A model generated the notes under the pieces. It worked only from the letters and a program-made list of their open reading frames with translations. It searched no databases and was not told the DNA's origin. Shown piece after piece: positions 34,901 through 40,132 of a stretch of DNA of 40,132 nucleotides. How positions within the stretch are numbered: the stretch's first letter is position 1; every line of letters begins with the position of its first letter. Origin of the DNA: Anthoceros angustus (taxonomy: Eukaryota; Plantae; Anthocerotophyta); assembly GCA_010909165.1 (NCBI GenBank), contig VJWM01000360.1:1-40132 (forward strand), written 5' to 3'. The position numbers were made by a program, and so were the translations under genes.

Positions 34901-37900
34901 GTAAGTACTCGATTCCATAAAGAAGAAAGAAAAGAATATCATAGAAAAACTAATATGAATGAATTCAAATACATATGGAAGTACTCACATGTACCCAAAC
35001 ATAGTATACATGAAACAAAAAAGAAAAAATAGAAAAATTACACAAAATCTAATCTAAATAAATCATATATGGAAGTACTCACTCTTGGTGTGAAGTCATC
35101 ATTCCCAAAATATATTTGCTGCACAGCAATGCATACATATATAGATCCAAAGTGACTCTTTTATCGATATCTACCCTCATATTTTGTATTTATCTCGATA
35201 TTATGTGAAAAATTATATGAAGAAGGCGTTAGTCGTATTATATTGACATTTGATTTTTCCCTCATATGATATTGCCGAGTGTAAAAACTTCTTGTTACTT
35301 ACTTGTTGTATGCCCATTCTTCTCCTATAGAACTCTTCCTCAATGTAAGAGATTCAAGCATTTGCTACTCTAGTGGATAGAAGGCTCTCGGTAAGGCCAA
35401 TGGCCTCCTAGATTAGATGAATAGTCTCACTACCGGACTATACAAGATAGACTCTATTGTGCTTATGACATAGGCAGCTAGATAGCTTATAGGTAGCTTT
35501 GCTAGTGTCAGAGGTGTCATGTATAATCTCTTTATAGTAGAATATAAGAATACCCTAATTCTAGGTATATCTTGATATTCTAACACTTAAGACTTAAAGC
35601 GGCTTGCAACAAGCACGGCTATGGTAGGCCTAGCTAACTCTGAGCTCGACATCGCCTTGGGTCTTGCCATTTCACTCCGAGCTCAAGGAAGTGGAACCTC
35701 ACAATGCTTTATTTTTCTCAACATGCCCTTTGGTCTTGTCAATCCACTCGTAGAGCACGATAGCGATCTCTTCCTCTCAACACCGTGCTAGGCTCCAAGC
35801 AGCCCGTCCTTGACAACTCGCAGCCACCTCGGATGAGATGCTACTCTTTATTTACAACGGAGTAGAAGCCGGAATGCTAGCCATCCATGCCGTTGGCTAT
35901 GGCAACAAGACTCCACACAAAACCATTTCTAGCTCTCCCATCCAAGCGCCAAGCCCCTTGTCAAACTTCCACCCCAAGCTCCAAAGCGGGCGCTTCATCC
36001 CTGACGAAACCCTATGCGGTGCTCGTCACTTTGGTAGTACACAATAGATATACCTTATTATTTTATTTAATAAATCAATAACATCGAATCAGATTTTATA
36101 TATTTCTATAAAATCCCTCCTTGTCGAGGAATGTGGGTGTGGACTCGTCTCTCGTTCTAAACGCACAAAATCCATGCTCATGCTACGCACTGCTTGCACA
36201 CAACAAAATGTACTTGCGCTTGACTTTGTCACAAACTCCTCCACGTCAAGCATCGCGTGGTAGAGTTGTTCTTGTTACATGTTGCCCTTTCTTCTCCTAC
36301 AAAACTTTTCCTAAGGACTCAAAGTACCATGCCCGGATGTGGTAGGCCTAACTACATGCATATTGGTGAGGAGCCTCCAATGTGCCGACATGGCGATGAG
36401 CGGCACTTGCTTGGAGATAGTCTAAATTCGGGAGAGGATTCTTTGGTGAGAGGGAGGGCGCCTACATGAGGAAGGCCCGAGCTAAAGGACGTCCCACCTC
36501 TCATGGACCCTTCTTGCAATTTGACACCGATGCTCCTTGTCGATCATTGTAGGGCTGTGGGTGTGGACTCGTCTCTCGTTCTAAACGCACAAAATCCATG
36601 CTCATGCTCTGATTGCTTGCACACAACAAAATGTACTTGCGCTTGACTTTGTCACAAACTCCTCCACGTCAAGCATCGCGTGGTAGAGTTGTTCTTGTTA
36701 CATGTTGCCCTTTCTTCTCCTACAAAACTTTTCCTAAGGACTCAAAGTACCATGCACGGATGTGGTAGGCCTAACTACATGCATATTGGTGAGGAGCCTC
36801 CAATGTGCCGACATGGCGATGGCGGCACTTGCTTGGAGATAGTCTAAATTCGGGAGAGGATTCTTTGGTGAGAGGGAGGGCGCCTACATGAGGAAGGCCC
36901 GAGCTAAGGGCGTCCCACCTCTCATGGACCCTTCTTGCAATTTGACACCGATGCTCCTTCGAGAGGCACTTGCACGAGACAATAGCATGATCAAGGCAGT
37001 GGAAGCGACGTGGCCTTGGCTCTTGCCGACTCACTCCTAAGCGCAAGGGAAGTGGAACCTCACAATGGTATCTTCCTCTCAATACATACTAGGCTCCAAA
37101 CTCCAAGCAGCCCACCGTCCTTGACGACTTACAGCCACCTCACACCATATCTTGCTAGTTACTTACAACAGTACAAGCGGAATCTTAGCCATCATGCCCT
37201 CGCTACGACATCAAGACTCCACACAAAACCGTTGCTAGCTCTCTCCCATCCAAGCGCCAGCCCGCTCATCCAAAGCCAAGCACTTCATCCGCGGACGAGA
37301 CCCTAACTTCGCTTTTGGTGCTTGTTACTTATTGGTGATACATAAAGAGATACCTTATTTTTATTAAGTAAATCAATAATATAAATGCGAGATTTTATAT
37401 GTTTGTATAAAATCCCTCCCTTTAAGTGTCCGTAGGTGTGGGTATGGACCAGTGTCTTTGGTTCGTGAGGTACATACGGTTGTCGAGGAATGTGGGTGTG
37501 GACTTATCTCTACTTCATAAAGATTATACGGTTGCCATAGGGCTGTGGGTGTGGACTCGTCTCTCGTTCTAAACGCACAAAATCCATGCTCATGCTCTTG
37601 CTTGCACACAACAAAATGTACTTGCGCTTGACTTTGTCACAAACTCCTCCACGTCAAGCATCGCGTGGTAGAGTTGTTCTTGTTACATGTTGCCCTTTCT
37701 TCTCCTACAAAACTTTTCCTAAGGACTCAAAGTACCATGCCTGGATGTGGTAGGCCTAACTACATGCATATTGGTGAGGAGCCTCCAATGTGCCGACATG
37801 GCGATGAGCGGCACTTGCTTGGAGATAGTCTAAATTGGGAGAGGATTCTTTGGTGAGAGGGAGGGCGCCTACATGAGGAAGGCCCAGAGCTAAAGGACGT

Positions 37901-38660
37901 CCCACCTCTCATGGACCCTTCTTGCAATTTGACACCGATGCTCCTTCGAGAGGCACTTGCACGAGACAATAGCATGATCAAGGCAACAGTGGAAGCGACG
38001 TGGCCTTGGCTCTTGCCGACTCACTCCTAAGCGCAAGGAAGTGGAACCTCACAATGGTATCTTCCTCTCAATACATACTAGGCTCCAAACTCCAAGCAGC
38101 CCGTCCTTGACGACTTACAGCCACCTCACACCATATCTTTGCTTGCTAGTTACTTACAAGGAATCTTAGCCATCATGCCCTCGCTACGACATCAAGACTC
38201 CACACAAAACCGTTGCTAGCTCTCTCCCATCCAAGCGCTCCATCATCCAAAGCCAAGCACTTCATCCCGCGGACGAGACCCTAACTTCAGTTTTTGGGCG
38301 GTGCTTGTTACTTATTGGTGATACATAAAGAGATACCTTATTTTTTATTAAGTAAATCAATAATATCGTCTGAGATTTTATATGTTTGTATAAAATCCCC
38401 TCCCTTTAAGTGTCCGTAGGGCTGTGGGTATGGACCAGTGTCTTTGGTTCGTGAGGTACATACGGTTGTCGTAGGAATGTGGGTGTGGACTTATCTCTAC
38501 TTCATAAAGATTATACGGTTGCCATAGGGTGTGTATGGATTGATCCCTAGTTCATGAAGTTCACGAGTTGCCGTAGAGTTGTGGATGTGGGTGGTTTGTG
38601 GTTCGTCTGAAAAATCTCGATATGCCGGTGAGGGAAAGCGTGTTGAGGCGCATCCGTTCT
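34901..38660. repeat. Last, rearranged unit: A-R1-B(partial)-B-R2-B-R2-start of C
   Basis: The B head 'gtggactcgtctc' occurs at 36139, 36563 and 37551. Confidence 0.88.
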
Positions 38661-40132
38661 TTGGTGAGAGGGAGGAGGCAAGTGTAGCTCTCATGCTTGC
38701 ACACAAAACCGTTGCTAGCTCTCTCCCACCATATAGCGGCCACACTTATCCCACCGCCGCTTCAGACGCTGGGTTTCGTCCCATGAGACTTGTGTGAAAG
38801 TTCGAGGTCTTGTGATGCCCGATCGCTACTGCGGTGACACACTTCTCGCCTTCTAAACAAGCAAGGCACCCTCTACTCTCCCTCTTCAGTACCACTTGCT
38901 TGAAAAATCGCCAACCTCGACCCACAGCGACACAAAACAATTGCGGGTCCACCTCGTGACAAGGAGCCTACCACGGGCGCCGGGGACCCCAGTTCACACC
39001 GCGATTTCGTCCCTACTTCTAAGACCAAACTTGACCTACAGCGACACAATTCACAGTCCACCTTTCGGAGAGCCTACCACGGGCGCCGGGGACCCCAGTT
39101 CACACCGCGATTCGTCCCTACTTCTAAGACCAAACTTCTCCACTCGGGGGCGCTCGTTTACTTGCAGTTGGGATTCGTCCCTTAGGCTCACACTGTGGCC
39201 TTCCACTAACACCTACACCTCTAATCCTCTACTCATCTCCTCATCCTCTTCCTCAATGTCACTCTTCTCTTGGTAGCTCTCATGCTTGCACACAACAAAA
39301 TGTACTTGCGCTTGACTTTGTCACAAACTCCTCCACCAGCAAGTTCTTCCTTGGGCGGTTGCTATGAGTTTGACACCGATGCTCCTTCGAGAGGCACTTG
39401 CACGAGACAATAGCATGATCAAGGCAACAGTGGAAGCGACGTGGCCTTGGCTCTTGCCGACTCACTCCTAAGCGCAAGGAAGTGGAACCTCACAATGGTA
39501 TCTTCCTCCTTAGGCACTTGCACGAGACAATAGCATGATCAAGGCAACAGTGGAAGCGACGTGGCCTTGGCTCTTGCCGACTCACTCCTAAGCGCAAGGA
39601 AGTGGAAGCGACGTGGCCTTGGCTCTTGCCGACTCACTCCTACAAAACTTTTCCTAAGGACTCAAAGTACCATGCACGGATGTGGTAGGCCTAACTACAT
39701 GCATATTGGTGAGCATATATAGTGGATATCCTCTTCCTCCTCCTCTTATAGGAGGCCTTCCATACAACCTCCTTAGGTGACCCTCTGCAGGTCACCTTTT
39801 CCAATTTTCTATTATTTCCTACATGACATTTAATGGCACCTAAATCTATTATTCCTTGGTAAATTCTATTCTAGTAACTTCACCTAAGACCATCCTTGAA
39901 GGATGTCGTCTACACCACCTATCCTTCTTCCTTGGGCGGTGCTTGTTACTTACTTGTTGTATGCCCATTCTTCTCCTATAGAACTCTTCCTCTCGCTCAA
40001 GGGAAGTGGAAGCGACGTGGCCTTGGCTCTTGCCGACTCACTCCTACAAAACTTTTCCTAAGGACTCAAAGTACCATGCACGGATGTGGTAGGCCTAACT
40101 ACATGCATATTGGTGAGGAGCCTCCAATGTGC
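38660..40132. other. Array breakdown: shuffled unit fragments mixed with non-array sequence (~38730-39250, ~39715-39930)
   Basis: Fragments of B, R2, HTH 5' end and A are joined at microhomologies and loop repeatedly. Confidence 0.8.
38924..39137. repeat. Two-copy tandem repeat, period 114 bp, unrelated to the array
   Basis: 'acagcgacaca…gagcctaccacgggcgccggggaccccagttcacaccgcgat(t)tcgtccctacttctaagaccaaactt' at 38924 and 39038. Confidence 0.9.

Larger units (their letters stand above)
1..38660. repeat. Tandem macro-repeat array, unit ~3.55-3.6 kb (A-R1-B-R2-53bp minisatellite-C-HTH ORF)
   Basis: The anchor 'taaataaatcatat(at)ggaagtactcactcttgg' recurs at 1, 2720, 13646, 17480, 21016, 24637, 28216, 28797, 29381 and 35055. 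Regular spacings are 3536, 3621 and 3579. The 2720-13646 spacing minus the 7404-bp copia is ~3520. Confidence 0.95.

Noticed and set aside
559-38000. The many 60-130 aa ORFs recurring in the ORF track (e.g. MRGRYHCEVP…, MFFPILNKK…, MVIAHRK…)
   Set aside because: They are alternative-frame or antisense shadows of the same repeated modules, with no recognisable motifs. Recurrence reflects DNA repetition only.
39715-39930. Minus-strand 'GVDDIL' as an RT YVDD motif, plus an 8-bp hairpin (39775-39797)
   Set aside because: A stop follows within a few codons, there are no flanking RT motifs, and the segment lies in an unreliable patchwork zone.
1-40132. Helitron, prokaryotic or viral origin of the unit
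   Set aside because: No Rep/helicase motifs or clear TC…CTRR ends, and no operon-like genes. The copia element, iMet PBS and spliceosomal intron signals indicate a eukaryotic nuclear genome.

Overview
Eukaryotic, probably land-plant, repetitive DNA with no rRNA, tRNA or CRISPR content. Most of the window is a head-to-tail tandem array with a ~3.55-3.6 kb unit: three regular units, two rearranged units, one copia-interrupted unit, partial units at both ends and a 580-bp sub-triplication. On the + strand the unit reads: AT-rich module A, ~460-bp segment R1, module B, diverged copy R2, a 4x ~53-bp minisatellite, module C, then a minus-strand ~139-codon CENP-B/pogo-type double-HTH reading frame. 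An eroded DDE remnant may follow that frame. Module A carries regularly spaced GT-AG introns and 22/35/11-nt exons that splice in frame onto the HTH, so the unit looks like an amplified, spliced CENP-B-like gene. This is the best candidate for something new. One unit is interrupted by a 7.4-kb Ty1/copia retrotransposon (3829-11232) with both LTRs, a tRNA-iMet PBS, a PPT and a near-match 5-bp TSD. The element has an unusually long leader and a 1.9-kb 3' region with an antisense ORF, and its 5' end is duplicated at 1117-2600. Two caveats apply. Copy-to-copy differences are mostly small indels clustered at CG/CHG sites, like long-read basecalling noise on methylated DNA, so single-copy frameshifts are unreliable. 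Two segments (10295-10777 and 38660-40132) are microhomology-joined patchworks that may be assembly, polishing or synthetic artefacts. All alignments and protein family calls were made by eye.
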